Shown piece by piece: positions 13,490 to 26,285 of a stretch of 64,000 nucleotides of DNA. This stretch comes from Malacoraja senta (lineage: Eukaryota): positions 14,262,001 to 14,326,000 of the forward strand of contig CM075988.1 in NCBI GenBank assembly GCA_038087875.1, given 5' to 3'. The number at the start of each line of letters is the position of its first letter. Position 1 is the first letter of the stretch. The notes under the pieces were generated by a model. The model was not told where the DNA came from, searched no databases, and saw only the letters and a program-made list of their open reading frames with translations. Made by a program: the position numbers and the translations under genes.

Positions 13490-13779
13490 CAGCAGAAAGA
13501 CTATACATGATTACAATCAAGCCATCCACAGTGTGCAGATACATGACGAAGGGAATGCCATAAATAATGTTTAGTGCAAGATAACGTCCAATAAGTCTTG
13601 GTTCTTGGCTTCAGAATGTACAAAGCTGCAAGCGATATTTCTGCACCCCAGCTTATTGACAGAGGTAGGAGTGACTTACATGCCAGAGGGGAAGCAGCAC
13701 TTTCTATTTGTTCTGCAGCTCCACTCCAGAATTGCGTTTGTTGGAAGTGGGGTGTGATACTGCACTAAAAAAATGACTG

Positions 13780-14120
13780 CGGGAAGTATTGGTGTGATGT
13801 CACAGCCTCACCTGACTTCACAGCACTGGGCTTGGGTCTGCGGTGAACTCACTGCTTACAATAACAGCTTGCATGCCATTCTGTGGTAGGTGTAGAATGG
13901 TACTGAATCTCTAAGGGAAGCCAAATTTGAAAATGATTCTGCGCAGTGCCTTTTGGTTGATCAAGAGCTTTCACAAAATCAATAAGGTTTATATAAAGAG
14001 TTGATGTTGGTCCTCGCAATTTCCTTTGAGTTGTCGGCAAGACCATCATGCCCATGGTCTGGAATCCCCATTGCTATTTATAAAACATCTCTTCAGGCAT
14101 TGGGAGGAGACTCCTTGTAA
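13780..14120 (-). mobile_element. Old RTE-like LINE fragment
   Basis: Degenerate (F)IDFVKALD motif region. A further RTE-like piece at ~16150-16350 (+) reads LRNNKHSGDAGISVEILK..IHDL..IWEEDMP..RDVVIV. Confidence 0.45.
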
Positions 14121-14471
14121 TTAATTTCAATGTTGCAAACATTAAAGAGACTCCTCTGCAGTTGCTGCCATTGGATTTCATGGGAGGATTTTGTGATCAA
14201 GAATGAGCTGGTCTGGCATCTCTCCAATTCCCCTGTGGAGTGAGGGAATGTTCATGGTCCTCTGGCTCATTTTAACGTGGAACTAAGATACATAATCAAG
14301 GCACATGCCTCAGCTCTGGAAGGTAGAAATGAAACTAAGGAAGTTTCTTCCACTGAGCTTGTGAAAATTCAAGCCAATGTCATTCCAGCCTTCTGGTTGA
14401 TTTCGGATGCCAGAATGAGAAAGGATGTAAACCTCTGGAAAAATGTGACGGGCAATGAAGAAGCAGGGAAA

Positions 14472-14640
14472 TGTAGACACAAGGAACTGCAGATGCTTGA
14501 ATCTTTGGTAGAACATAAGATCTCTAAACTAAAATAAACTAAACTAAACTAAAACTAAACTAAATACAAAGTGCTGGATTGACAAGGCAGGTGAAGCATG
14601 CTGCCTGACCCATTGAGTTACTCCAGCACTCTGTCTTTCA
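14472..14640. mobile_element. Penelope-tail-type repeat with an internal (CTAAA)n tract
   Basis: aaggaactgcagatgct ... tgctgcctgacccattgagttactccagcac. Confidence 0.55.
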
Positions 14641-15431
14641 TTCAAGAAACAGAGACAGCCTACTCCAGTGGAGCCCTCCTCTTGATGAAATGCTGATTTA
14701 TCACCAACACCATGTTTCACCATAAATATCAGACCTCATAGCAACATCCCTGATCAGACAATGCCAGCAGTCAGGTTACATCACAGTCTGAGTGAGTAAC
14801 AAGAAGGATGTCTGCATCAACCATATCACAACAAGCACCAATAACTGTTGAACTGACCACTCTGTCATCTGCGCTGTTACCTTCGTCAGTCAGGTCTCTA
14901 AACAACCAAAGCAACAAAACATTGCCACAGGAAAATCAATGCTGTTGGTCTCAAGGTGCATCGCTGACAATTGCCATCCAACAACAAGCATGAAGTGTCA
15001 ACAGCACTCACACTGCACTATAGTCCACCATTGTAGTAGATGTGAAGATACTCTTAGCCTCTCTGCCAGAAATGAACAGAATTAGTTTGTGAAAACAATC
15101 AGAAGACTCAGTAGCTAATTAACCACAAACGCAGGGTGTTCTTGCCTCAAGGGAGATGAAACTGTTGTGCTGGCACTGAAGATTAATTTTAAAAAGCCCA
15201 ACAGGCAGATGGTCAGTGAAAAGAAGGCAGGAGATCCAGCAACCGGCTGATAATTACATCTGTGGTTCTTCAGCACTGTTACAAGCCTCTAAAGTCAAAA
15301 CTCCAATGACTGCCCACTGATAGTCAAAGGTAGAGGAATGGTTGGCAAGGACAGAGAGGCAGTCAGCTGAAAGGAATGCCTCAACAAATTTCCCAGGTGA
15401 GATACTGCCCTTGATGCAAGTACTTTCAACT

Positions 15432-16092
15432 TCAGGTAGATAGGGTGATAAAGGAGGCTTTTGGTATATTGGCCTTCATCAGTCAGGGTATTGAGTATAG
15501 AAGTTGGGATGTGATGGTACAGTTGTACAAGACATTGGTGAGGCCACAGTTGGAGTATTGTGTTCAGTTTTGGTCACCCTGCTCTTGGAAGGATGTGTTA
15601 AGCTGGAAACAGGTCAGAGAAGATTAACAAGGATGTTGCTAGGACTTGAGGACCTGAGCTATAGAGACAGGTTGGGCAGGCTAGGACTTTATTCTTTGGA
15701 GCACAGGAGGATGCAAGGTGATATTATAGAGGTGTATAAGATCATGAGAGGAATAGATGGGGTAAATGTACAATCTTTTACCTAAAGTAGGGATATCAAG
15801 AACTGGGGGTCATTGGTTTAAGCTGAGAGTGGAAAGATTTAATAGGAACCTGAGGGGTAACTTTTTCACACAGAGGGTGGTGGGTATAAGGAACGAGCTG
15901 CCAGAGGAGGTAGTTGCGGCAAGTACTATAACAGCATTTGAAAGACATTTAGACAGGTACATGGAAAGGAAAGGTTTAGAGTGATACAGGCCAAATGCAG
16001 GCAGGTGGGACTAGCATAGATGGGGCATCTTGGTCATCATGGGCAAGTTAGCCGAAGGGCCTGTTACCATGCTGTATGACTCTATAACTCTA
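15432..16092 (+). mobile_element. CR1 3' fragment
   Basis: LYKTLVRPQLEYCVQFWSP, FFTQRVVG, tail gctgtatgactctataactcta. Confidence 0.88.
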
Positions 16093-16564
16093 ACTGCTTT
16101 CTGCAGCACGCTATCTGTACCAATCACTATGCCATCTGAGACCTACAAGAGATTTAAAAAAAAGACATATTCGTTGAGAAACAACAAACACTCTGGAGAT
16201 GCTGGTATCTCCGTGGAAATTCTGAAACTTGGTTGGGAGGATTTTCAGTCACAAATCCACGATCTCGCCTCCCACATCTGGGAAGAGGATATGCCAGGGT
16301 ACTCCAGAGATGTTGTGATTGTCATCATCTTATGGATAGGAGACATCTGGCATATGACTGAGCCATAGAAATCAAACAGACCTCAGGTTTGATGCTTGCC
16401 CTTTGCAGCACTGGTGATTAAAGAAAAACGAAAGATTCTAGAGCCCCAGTGGTTGATGTAGATGTGGATATTAAATAAACACAGGACACGGTAAAGTACA
16501 GATCCCATTTCACCCCACATGACTGAGGGGAATGCTTCACACTAAAGAATGACCAATAATTCAA

Positions 16565-16712
16565 AAGTTCACAAGTTACAGGAGCAGAATTAGGCCATTC
16601 AGCCTATCACATCTACTCCGCCATTCAATCATGGCTGATCTACAGTATCTTTCCCTCTCAACACCATTCCCCTGCCTTCTCCCCATAACCCCTGACACCA
16701 TTACCAATCAAA
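16565..16712 (-). mobile_element. CR1 3' tail (similar tails at ~9495-9640, 47850-47970, 61215-61330)
   Basis: gaattaggccattc..ccattcaatcatggctgatc..cctgccttctccccataaccc. Confidence 0.7.
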
Positions 16713-17559
16713 AATTCAGAATCAGTCATCACCTTCAAGCCACAGGAATTGAATATAAAGTAGGAAAACAATTTTCTCGTGAAAATTCAAAATCCTCATG
16801 ACTTGCAGGTTTTTAGGATCTTTGATTCTGTTTTGTGTTTGTTCCCTCGTTGTAATTACAGTGACATTCTGCATGCAGATACCAAGTTGATTATGTGTAT
16901 CTGAATTAGTTTCTCATCTGGCTCATTTATCAAGATGTTCTTCGTGTTACAAAAGGTCATCCAGGCACATTATATATTCTAATTCTAGATTTGTTAAATA
17001 TATAGTCAAATCCAGGTTTCCCAGCTTCCATGACAGCATCAGAAAGCTCAAACGTCCTTTGAATAATTATATAATTGAGCCTCAAGATAACAAATGGCAG
17101 TGTGTTGTTAGTAAGATGCAATTAAAGTTTCCCACTCCCAGTGTTAGTTAGAGGCACTCTTGCGTTCAGCTTCATATAATTGAATATAGATGAACGTCTC
17201 ACCACACATCACTTAATACATTTTCCATCTTGTGCACTACGTTTTTTTGTGCCTTTGAATGAGATGGCACATTCATTTTCAGTTAGCAACAGCTTTCCAC
17301 AAATGGGCTAATACTTTGTAATGATTGGAATGGGTCTAATCCTAGAAGGATTCCTCTCTGATAGAGTCCAGCACATTCAACCCATTAGAATGAAGTTGAT
17401 TTTGATCTGGATTCCAGTGGGAAAAGCCAATGTGCTCCTCAATCACCAAACAACCAGACTTCCTTGTGTCTTTTATGTTGCCTGATTTAAGAGAACACAA
17501 AATTGAAAGAACACTCATGTCTTTAATATTCATTCACATAATATTAAGATTCATGCCAT

Positions 17560-17835
17560 GTTTCCCAGAGTGGAAATGCCAATGACTAGAGGGCACAGTT
17601 TTAAGATGAAAGGGACGAATTTTAAATGATGCGTGGAGCAAGTCTTTTTTTACACTGTGGTACTGATACAATGATGACATTTAAGAAGCTTTTGGATAAG
17701 CACACGGATATGCAGGGAATGGAGGGATATGGATCATGTGCTGGCAGAGATTTAGTTTAGCATCATGTTCGGCATGGACATTGTGGACCAAAGTGCCAGT
17801 CCCTGTGCTATAATGTTCTATACTTTATATTCTAT
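17560..17835 (+). mobile_element. CR1 3' fragment
   Basis: actagagggcacagttttaag..ggagggatatgg..(ttctata)n tail. Confidence 0.7.
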
Positions 17836-17942
17836 ATTCTATTTACTCTACACAATGAGTGTTTTATTTTCAGTCATTTGAATCTGACTCTTGTAATCAA
17901 TTCTCTCTTCCCCTTTGCTGCTGAATTACTGTTATAACGTAT

Positions 17943-18178
17943 TGTGGCGCCACCTGGTGGTTAGGCCACCTGTATTCGAACCCTTGGCAGTCGGGGGTGG
18001 GGTCATGTGACTGGGTAATGGCGGGAAGCAGTTGTCACGAGGTTTAGGGGTTTGCCCTAGTATAAGTATGGATACCTGGGCCAGCCCTCCCTCATTCGCG
18101 TGTGTGTTGATCGCTTCAACTGAGCAATAAAGTTCTCTTTCTTTTCACCACGCATGGCTGGTTTATTCGCTTGCCATA
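17943..18178 (+). repeat. 5' LTR
   Basis: Direct repeat of 19317-19552. Starts TGTGGC, ends GCCATA, contains a TATAA-like box and AATAAA. Confidence 0.92.
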
Positions 18179-19316
18179 TTGGTGACCCCGACGATCCAAA
18201 TCAGTCATTTTCGATTTCAAACATGTTTGCAGCCAACGACCAACCTCAACAGCCCGAGGTTGCCGACATTCCAGCCCAGCAGAATGCTATCTCCCTGAAG
18301 CTGCCTGTGTTCTGGACATCGCAGCCCCAGGTGTGGTTCTAACAAGCTGAGGCCCAGTTCCACGATCGCCACATCACAGTCGACAACACCCGGTACTACT
18401 ATGTTGTCGGTGCGTTGGATCAGGAGATGGCCGGTCGCTTGGTCCCTTTCCTCCGGGAGATCAGGACATATATGAGGGCCTTAAAGTGCTGCTTTTGCGG
18501 ACCTTTGGGCTCAGCCGCCGGGACCGCACAGCGCGGCTCCTGCAAATGGGCGGCCTCGGTGATCGCAAGCCGTCGGAGCTGATGAGCGAGATGCTCACCC
18601 TAATGACGGTCATCGGCCCTGCCTGCTCTTTGAGCACGCCTTCCTGGAGCAGATGCCAGACGACATCCGCCTGCTGCTCGCCGGTGAGAATTTCGCAGAC
18701 TCCCTACTGCTAGCAGAGCGTGCTGACGAGCTGTGGCAAGCCAAACAGTAGGGCGGTGGCTCGATCGATCGAGTAGCGGCGGTGCCTTGGGGGGCCCAGA
18801 AATCACGCTCTACGTCCACTGGGAGTCCAGCTGCACCGCAAACGACCCTGGTAAGGGGAACTGGTGTTATTACCACCAGCGCTGAGGTCACGCAGCCCGT
18901 CAGTGCCGCCCGCCCTGCTCGTATCTGGGAAATGCCAGGGCTGGCCGCCTGTAGTCGCTGCGGCGGTCGGCCTGAAACATAGGCTCTACGCCTGGGATTG
19001 GCACGACGGTTCCTGGTCCACACCGGTGCGGAGGTTAGCGTTTTACCCCCGTCGGGGATGGACACTTGTTCCGGCATGCGGGGGCCTTCTCTCACTGCAG
19101 TCAACGGCAGCTCCATACGGACGAATGGGGTTCACACGATCACGCTCATCTTTGGCCCCTGCCATTTCACCTGGACCTTTAGGGTGACTGACGTTTCCCA
19201 GCCGTGGCTGGGCGTTGATTTCCTCCGGGCCCAATCCTTGTTGGTGGATGTGCGGGGGCAACGCCTCATTCGTCTACCCTTTCGGTTTTATGCTTTGGGT
19301 TCTGGGGAAGGGGTCC

Positions 19317-19552
19317 TATGGCGCCACCCAGTGGTTAGGCCACCTGTATTCGAACCCTTGGCAGTCGGGGGCAGGGTCACGTGACTGGGTAAAGGAGGGA
19401 AGCAGTTGTCATGAGGTTTAGGGGTTTGCCATCGTACAAGTATGGAGACCTGGGTCAGCCCTCCCCCATTCGCATGTGTGTTGATCTCTCTACCTGAGCA
19501 ATAAAGTTATCTTTGTTGTCACCATGCATGGCTCATTTATTCGCCTGCCATA
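19317..19552 (+). repeat. 3' LTR
   Basis: Direct repeat of 17943-18178, preceded by the polypurine tract. Confidence 0.92.
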
Positions 19553-20006
19553 GTATAACCATAATGTTAATGGGGAGAGCTCATCTTCTATGATCATTAT
19601 AACTGTGGTTCAAATAATCCTGGAAAACCACAGATGGCATGTGTACTCCAGATGCGCAGAATGATTAACATTACAGCAGAAGAAGTTGCAGTGACATTCT
19701 GAAACTTGTAATTAATCAAAATCTTGTTTCTTCGTAGAAGAAGATTTTCCAGGTATATTAAGTAATGAGCACATTAGAACTTGAGAAATAGGGGCCGGTC
19801 ATGATTGGAGACCTTTGAGTGTGCTCCACCATTCTATAAGATGACAGTAGAAATTTTACATTAATTCCACTCTCTGGTCTCTTATCCAATGACCCTCTTA
19901 GAGTTCAAGTGTACTTGGCTCAACCTTGAAAAATCTCAACAGTTGAGTATCAACAGCCCTCTGGAGCAAAGATTCCCACAAAGAGTAAGGAGGTTTATCC
20001 TCATTA

Positions 20007-21441
20007 AGGGCCTGTCCCACTAACGCGACTTTTCAGCGACTGTCTTCGACCTTCAAGCTCGAGGGCACCCGCCTGAAAAACCTCGAGCTGGATTGACCGT
20101 CAGCGATGAAACCGTGAGCTGGATCGACCGTCAACACACACACAAACACATCGCAAAGGCGGAGGCCAGGGAAAGCGGAGGAGCGGTGTCTGAAATTCAC
20201 ACCTGCGATGAACAGGAAGGTAAAAGACGGCTGGCAGTGTACGGTATGTCCTTCAGAGAGCGAGGGGGGGGGGAGAGAAGGGGAGAGAGGGGGTGAGAAG
20301 GGGAGAGAAGGGGAGAGAAGGGGAGAGAAGGGGGGGAGAAGGGGGGGAGAAGAAGTGGAGACACTTTTAAGAAGCCAGACAACCCATTACCCCAAATATA
20401 ATCAATTCATTATTGGGTTCCATTTTTGACAAAACTATTTAAGACAAAAATGGAACCCAATAATGAATTGATTATATTTGGGGTAATGGAAGACGGGAAC
20501 AAATTGAGCTCATCTCAAAAGTCAATTTTTAATTATGGTTTAATAATAGCAAAAAAATTAATATTGAAATTTTGGAAAAATACACCAATACCAACGCTCA
20601 AAATGTGGATTGCAAGTATGTTGGATACCGCACATCTTGAGGAAATGCGATTCCTCCTAATAGATAAATTTGACCAATTCATAACGAGTTGGTCTCCATT
20701 TGTCGTCTTTTTGGAAACGTATGGTGCAAAACAGGTGTAAAAGCTAATCCGTGACTGTGGATGGTCAAGATTATAAATGATCTCCTTCTATTTTCTTTTC
20801 TTCTTTTCTTTTCTTTTATTCTCTTTCTTCTATTTTCTATGTCTCAACTTTCTTATTTCATTCTTTATTTTTCTTTTTCACACACTATATATCTCACATT
20901 TTTCTATTTTTCATTATCTAACTTTTTTCTTTTTCTTCTTTATTTCAAAATTTTTTTAAAATAAGAAGCTGTACATAAAAGGTATTATGAAAATATGATT
21001 GTATACAATTGTACTTACTTCTAATAAAATAAAAATTAAAAAATAAAAAAAAGAAGCCAGACAACTTTTAATAAAGTTTAGCGGCCATTTAACATTACTG
21101 GTCAGTTTTCCTTGGTTCTGAAAACTCCAATGAGCCAATTAAAATGCCCAGTCAGCAAAGGAGATTGCCTACGGCTACCTCGACTGCCTAGCGACCCCAC
21201 TCCACTGCACTACGAGTTCAAATGAACCATGCCGACCAATTTTTACTCGCGGAAAATGTTTCAGCATGCTGAAACATTTTTCTCGACCAAACTGAGACTG
21301 CGAGTATGCGGGAACTTCCCTCGAGCATGAAGGAGAATTCTAGTGACCTCCTAGGACCACGTGTTGACTATGCTGCGAGTTTGAGTCGAGCGCAAATTCT
21401 TCTAAACTCGCAAATTAGGTCGCCGCAGTGGGACAGCCCCT
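20007..21441. mobile_element. PIF/Harbinger-type MITE (hosts the L1 insertion)
   Basis: TIR AGGGCCTGTCCCACT / AGTGGGACAGCCCCT with TWA flanks. Interior is the reverse complement of 59540-60314. Confidence 0.82.
20384..21050 (+). mobile_element. L1-clade LINE 3' fragment with a 5' inverted duplication, inserted in a Harbinger MITE
   Basis: ORF2 C-terminus (..IAKKLILKFWKNTPIPTLKMW..FITSWSPF), T-rich 3'UTR, AATAAA and A-tail. 15-bp TSD AAGAAGCCAGACAAC (20369-20383 / 21051-21065) at a TTTT/AA site. Confidence 0.88.
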
Positions 21442-21699
21442 TAACTGTTTTAATCTAAAGGGAAACTCCTGATACTGAGCGTAAGCACTGAGTTTAATTC
21501 ATTGTTAGTCCTTATGGTTTTTCCTTTGCCTGTTGCATATTATGTTGCCCTGGGTTACTTTCTATGCCTCTGAGATAAGTTAAATACTGGAACAGTTCAC
21601 AATAATTTCACAGCTTGTATGATTATTTTACAAGTGCAAACGCAAACATTGGATGCAGATGATTTGAATTGGTTTTGTCAGATCAAAAAAAAAGTATTA

Positions 21700-22470
21700 G
21701 TGACACGTTTTTTTCCGACTGCAGAGGTACATGGTAGAGTTCCCCAGATGTTAATACTGGAGCCATTGTTTTTCTTAACATGATTGAATGTAAGGCTGTA
21801 GGATACAATTTCCAAATGACACTGAACAGTGAATTGTGAGAAGGGAGAAGGGAATTAAGGGAGATAGAATGGTCAGTGAAATGAGGCGATAGGCACTGTA
21901 TAAAATTTAATGCTGAGAAATAGATACATTCTGGTAGGAATGAAGGGGAGTGGTAATTTATACTAGAGGGGACAATTCTAAAGAAGTACAAGAACAGAGA
22001 GATCTCAGAGTTTGTATGCATAGTTTGTTAAACGTGGCAGGACAAGTTGACTATATGGTTAAAAAAGTATTTGGGTTTTCTAGCCGAGAGGCATACAGCT
22101 CAAATGTGAGAATGGCATTGTGATATTTTATAAAACACTAGTTTGTTCACAAGTGGAGTATTGAGTCCAGCTTTGCGTGCTTCACTTGAAGAAAGATATA
22201 CTGACCTTATAGAAAATATGCAGTGGGGATTTACCAAGGATTCCAGGGATTGAAGAGGCTTCGTTTTTTTCCTTGGAATGGAAGAAATTGCCAAGAGAGT
22301 TGATAACAGCATTTAAGTTCACGACAGAGTAGATTGAGTGACACTGCTTCAATTGGCAGAGAGATCAAAAACAAGGAGACATAGAATGAAGGTGACTGGC
22401 AAAAGAATCAGAAGTATATGATTTTGTTTTCACATATAAAGCGATCGGGTCTGGAACATAATAATGGAAT
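21700..22470 (+). mobile_element. Old degenerate CR1 RT fragment
   Basis: Residual motifs (ggagttcccc..gtactgggacc-like, tttaatgctgagaa, tataaaacactagt, tggagtattg). Confidence 0.55.
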
Positions 22471-22803
22471 GATGCCTTGATATGACCATCAATGAACTGT
22501 TCGAGGCACCTCAGCATATCAAAATCACCAATTTCACGATCCATGCATGCATCAAATCCCCAATTACAGGCATCAATCATTTCACCTTCTAGTTTCAATC
22601 AATGGTACACATAAGCTGCGCGATTGTATTTCAAGATTGATATCTTTGCTGATCTGTTTTTGTTTGTATTTCAGAATTATTGGATCTGTTTTGTTTCATC
22701 ACTTTTCGATTGACATCTTGTTTACATAGGTCTGCATTTCCTGCCAGTTTGCGGAGGCCCTGTAATGCTAACTCACTGATTCAGGATAAGAGAGTTAGCA
22801 GAT

Positions 22804-22949
22804 AGACACAAAATGCTGGAGTAACTCAGCGGGACAGGCAGCATCTCTGGAGATCCTTCTCTCCAGAGATGCTGCCTGTCCCGCTGAGTTACTCCAGCGT
22901 TTTGCGTCCATCTTTGATTTATATCAGCATCTGCAGTTCCTTCCTACAC
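22804..22949. mobile_element. Palindromic Penelope-tail-derived short element
   Basis: Near-perfect inverted arms (gacacaaaatgctggagtaactcagcgggacaggcagcatctctggaga). 18-bp flanking duplication ATAAGAG(A/G)GTTAGCAGAT at 22786-22803 / 22950-22967. Confidence 0.8.
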
Positions 22950-24624
22950 ATAAGAGGGTTAGCAGATCCATTACTGCAAAATGATGCACAGGAAGGCAGA
23001 CTATCGGATGGGACAGAAGCCAGGAGTCAACGGACTCGCATCAGGAACACGCTGAAAGCTTTGCGTTATGTTGTGCCTATTCTTGGGTTTTCTATGCCTT
23101 GTTTAATCTCGCTCATTGATCAGCAATTACTCCTCAGCAATCATCCATGAAACAAATTAATAGCTTTATTCGGGGGCCACATTGGCGTCAATATTGGCCC
23201 AGGTTGCAGCAACGATGACACGTTCAAATTACTTAAGTGCATGAAGGTAAAAGGTCAGCCATGTTTTATTGAATGGTGGAGCAGCTGCAGAAGTTTGCTT
23301 CCCTTTCACTTGTTCTTCTGAATTGTATCGTGAGTACCCTAGGCATACAAACCAGAGCAAGAATCCAAAGTCTTTCTTTCTAAGGGCAGTTGAGAAACAG
23401 ATTGTATTGATACATTTTGAAAGAGGAATGAAAGAAGGAGGTTGCATGCTCTTCATTGCAAGGATTGGTATCAAGGCTGAGGGAGGGTTCTCCTATGTCA
23501 GAGAGTCAAACATCATGAATGAGACAATATGTAAAATCCATAGTTTAATACCCACGCACACAACACCTTGGAGTGCTGTGGTATCAAAAGCACAAAGGTG
23601 TATGGACTTAATTTGGGGATCTGAAGGGCAATTTTCTTACACAGTGTGGTTGTTATCTGCAATATGTTGCCAGAGGAGGTGGAATTATTTATTAAGAGTC
23701 CTTCACACAGACAAGTAAATAGATAAGGCATAGAAGGATATGGCCTAATGTAAACAAATGGGGTTAGAATAGATGGTCAAAAAGATAAGCAAGACATGTG
23801 GGTGAAGGGCATATTTCTGTGCTGTACAGCTATATGACTAAATCATGCATGAAGGAACTTTAGTGCACTTGTTCTCAGGTTTGCACAGTCCCATGTTGAA
23901 TTCCTAATTTGGGGAATTGGAGAAGGCACTTCTGGGCAAAATTTCTTCCTCCACAGCTGTCATTTTTGCAGAATCACTTGCGTATTTGATGATATCAGTG
24001 CGTATGACGTTCATCTCTGCCTCACCAACAGAAATTGGACAAATGATGTACAACCTACACCCTTCAATTTAACTCAGTCAAATTAAGAGCAAACCAAGCA
24101 GCAAGTCATCAGGCAGATGGGAATTAGAATTGCCTGACTGGGACACTGATGTTTTGCTCTCTGCAGAGTTTTTACTGCTCTGAGCATTGTCATCATTATT
24201 GCAAGGTCTCATGGTGTTTAATGAATACAATCTAAAGCCACATACCTACTGCGATTTCTCCAGCTTATATGCTCATGTCTCACTGCGGTATGGGCTGCAA
24301 GACTCAACTGGTGCTGGGAGGTGGGTCTGTCAATAAACACTCATGAATTATAGCACCTCTGCCTCTCCTTATCTTTCCTTTCTTCCATGGCAGCCTGCTA
24401 TTGTGTTTTAGCAAAGGAAAAAGGGTACAAATCTTCCGAAAATATTTCACCAACTTGGTGATTATTGCATATCCTCTAAATAGGCACCAGATATAATTGC
24501 GACATTTATTTAGTTCACTAAAAGAAGTTGAACTTCAATTTTGCAGCATTAACCTCAAAAACATATGAGATATCCAGGTCCAAAATGCCACTCTGCGTAC
24601 CAACTCCCCACCAGTATAATATTG

Positions 24625-25950
24625 GTCATGAGGTCATAAGGAATAGGAGTAGAATTCGGCCCATCAGGTCTACCCCACCATTCAATCATGGCTGATCTAT
24701 CTCTCCCTCCTAACCCCATTCTTCTGCCCTCTCCCCATAACTTCTGACACCAGTACTAATCAAGAATCTATCTAACTCTGCCTTTAACTCTAACTCTGCC
24801 AGATTATTATCTAATTGGTGTCATGTTGGGAAAAGAGGAAGTACAACGGGATCTGGGGGGGTCCTTGTTCATCAGTCACTGAAAGTAAGCATGCAGGTAC
24901 AGCAGGCAGTGAAGAAAGTGAATGGCATGTTGGCCTTCATAACAAGAGGAGTTGAGTATAGGAGTAAAGAGGTCCTCCTGCCGTTGTACATGGCCCTAGT
25001 GAGAGCACACCTGGAATATTGTGTGCAGTTTTGGTCTCCAAACTTGAGGAAAGACATTCTTGCTATTGAGGGAGTGTAGGTTCACGAGGTTAATTCCCGG
25101 GATAGCGGGACTTTCATATGTTGATAGATTGGAGCGGCTGGGCTTGTATACTCTTGAAATTTGAACGATGAGAGGGGATCTTATTGAAACATATAAGATT
25201 ATTAAGGGTTTGGACACGCTAGAGGCAGGAAACATGTTCTCAATGTTAGGGGAGTCCTGAACCAGGGGCCATAGTTTAAGAATAAGTGGTAAGCCATTTA
25301 GAACGGAGATGAGGAAAAATATTTTCACACAGAGAGTTGTGAGTGTGTGGAATTCTCTGCCTCAGAGGGCAGTGGAGGCTGGTTCTCTGGATGCTTTCAA
25401 GAGAGAGTTAGATAGAGCTCTTATGGATAGTGGAGTTAAGGGATATGGAGAGAAGGCAGGAATAGGGGTACTAATTGTGGATGATCAGCCATGATCACAT
25501 TGAATGGCGGTGCTGGCTCGAAGGGCCGAATGGCCTACTCCTACACATATAGTCTATTGTCTATTAAAAATATCCACTGACAGCCTCCACAGCCTTCTGT
25601 GGCAAATAATTCCACAGATTCACCACCCTCTGACAAAATACATTTCTCCTCATCTCCTTCAGAAAAGAATGTCCTTTGATTCTGAGGTTATGACCTGTAG
25701 TCCTAGACTCTCCCACTAGTGGAAACATTCTCTCCACATCCACTCTATCCAAGCCTTTCACTATTCTGAATGTTTCTCATCCTTCTAAACTCCAGCGAGT
25801 ACAGGCCCAGTGCCGAAAAACGCTCATCATAGGTTAACCTACTAATTCCTGGACTCATTCTTGTAAACTTCCTCTGGACCCTCTCCAGAGCCAGCACATC
25901 CTTCCTCAGATATGGTGCCCCAAATTACTCACAATATTCCAAATGCGAAT
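24625..25950 (-). mobile_element. Older CR1 3' fragment split by the plus-strand CR1
   Basis: Tail 24625-24790 continues at 25564-25950 (MKGLDRVDVERMFPLVGESRTTGH). Confidence 0.8.
24800..25563 (+). mobile_element. CR1 3' fragment nested in an antisense CR1
   Basis: LVRAHLEYCVQFWSP, FTQRVVSVWNSLP, tail ctattgtctatt. Confidence 0.88.
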
Positions 25951-26149
25951 GAGCATAAAAGGTTATTAATTTGTTTGTCCAACCAATTTTTTTATTGCTT
26001 GAATACCAAAGCACAGAAAAAGCACGATGCATCTTGCTCCCTCATGCATGTGCACTGACTGACCTAGCAAGGATACAAGGCTGTGACCTCTTTACTCTGG
26101 TATAACCTTTGATTGTTCCATAAAAAAAAACTATATCTTATTCTTCCAA

Positions 26150-26285
26150 TTTTCTACCCCCCAACAATCAGACTGAAGAAGGATCCCAACTGAAACGTCA
26201 CCTATCCAAGTTCTCAAAGGATGCTAACCTTCTGAGTTTTGGGTGGTTTTTTTTGTAAAACAGCAACTGCAGTTCTTTGTTTCTA
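26150..26285 (+). mobile_element. Degenerate Penelope tail
   Basis: ctgaagaaggatcccaactgaaacgtcacctatcc..gatgct..tgagt..ctgcagttc. Confidence 0.6.

Larger units (their letters stand above)
12632..13595 (-). mobile_element. Rex1-type LINE tail hosting the Penelope insertion (similar tails at ~8720-8910, 29715-30190, 41400-41515, 46495-46650, 58520-58790)
   Basis: tgtaccgaggtacagtgaaaagctttt..cagcagaaagactat|acatgattacaatcaagcc. Confidence 0.6.
17943..19552 (+). mobile_element. Ty3/Gypsy LTR retrotransposon (CsRn1 lineage), internally deleted, retaining gag and protease remnants
   Basis: Direct 236-bp LTRs at 17943-18178 and 19317-19552. 4-bp TSD GTAT (17939-17942 / 19553-19556). PBS TGGTGACCCCGACG at 18180 (tRNA-Trp type). 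Gag ISLKLPVFWTSQPQVWF*QAEAQF, CHCC motif WCYYHQR*GHAARQCRPPC, protease FLV(H)TGAEVSVLP. Polypurine tract ggggaagggg just before the 3' LTR. Confidence 0.92.

Noticed and set aside
23269..23718. 149-aa ORF in unique sequence
   Set aside because: No recognisable domain or exon structure, so probably a chance ORF.
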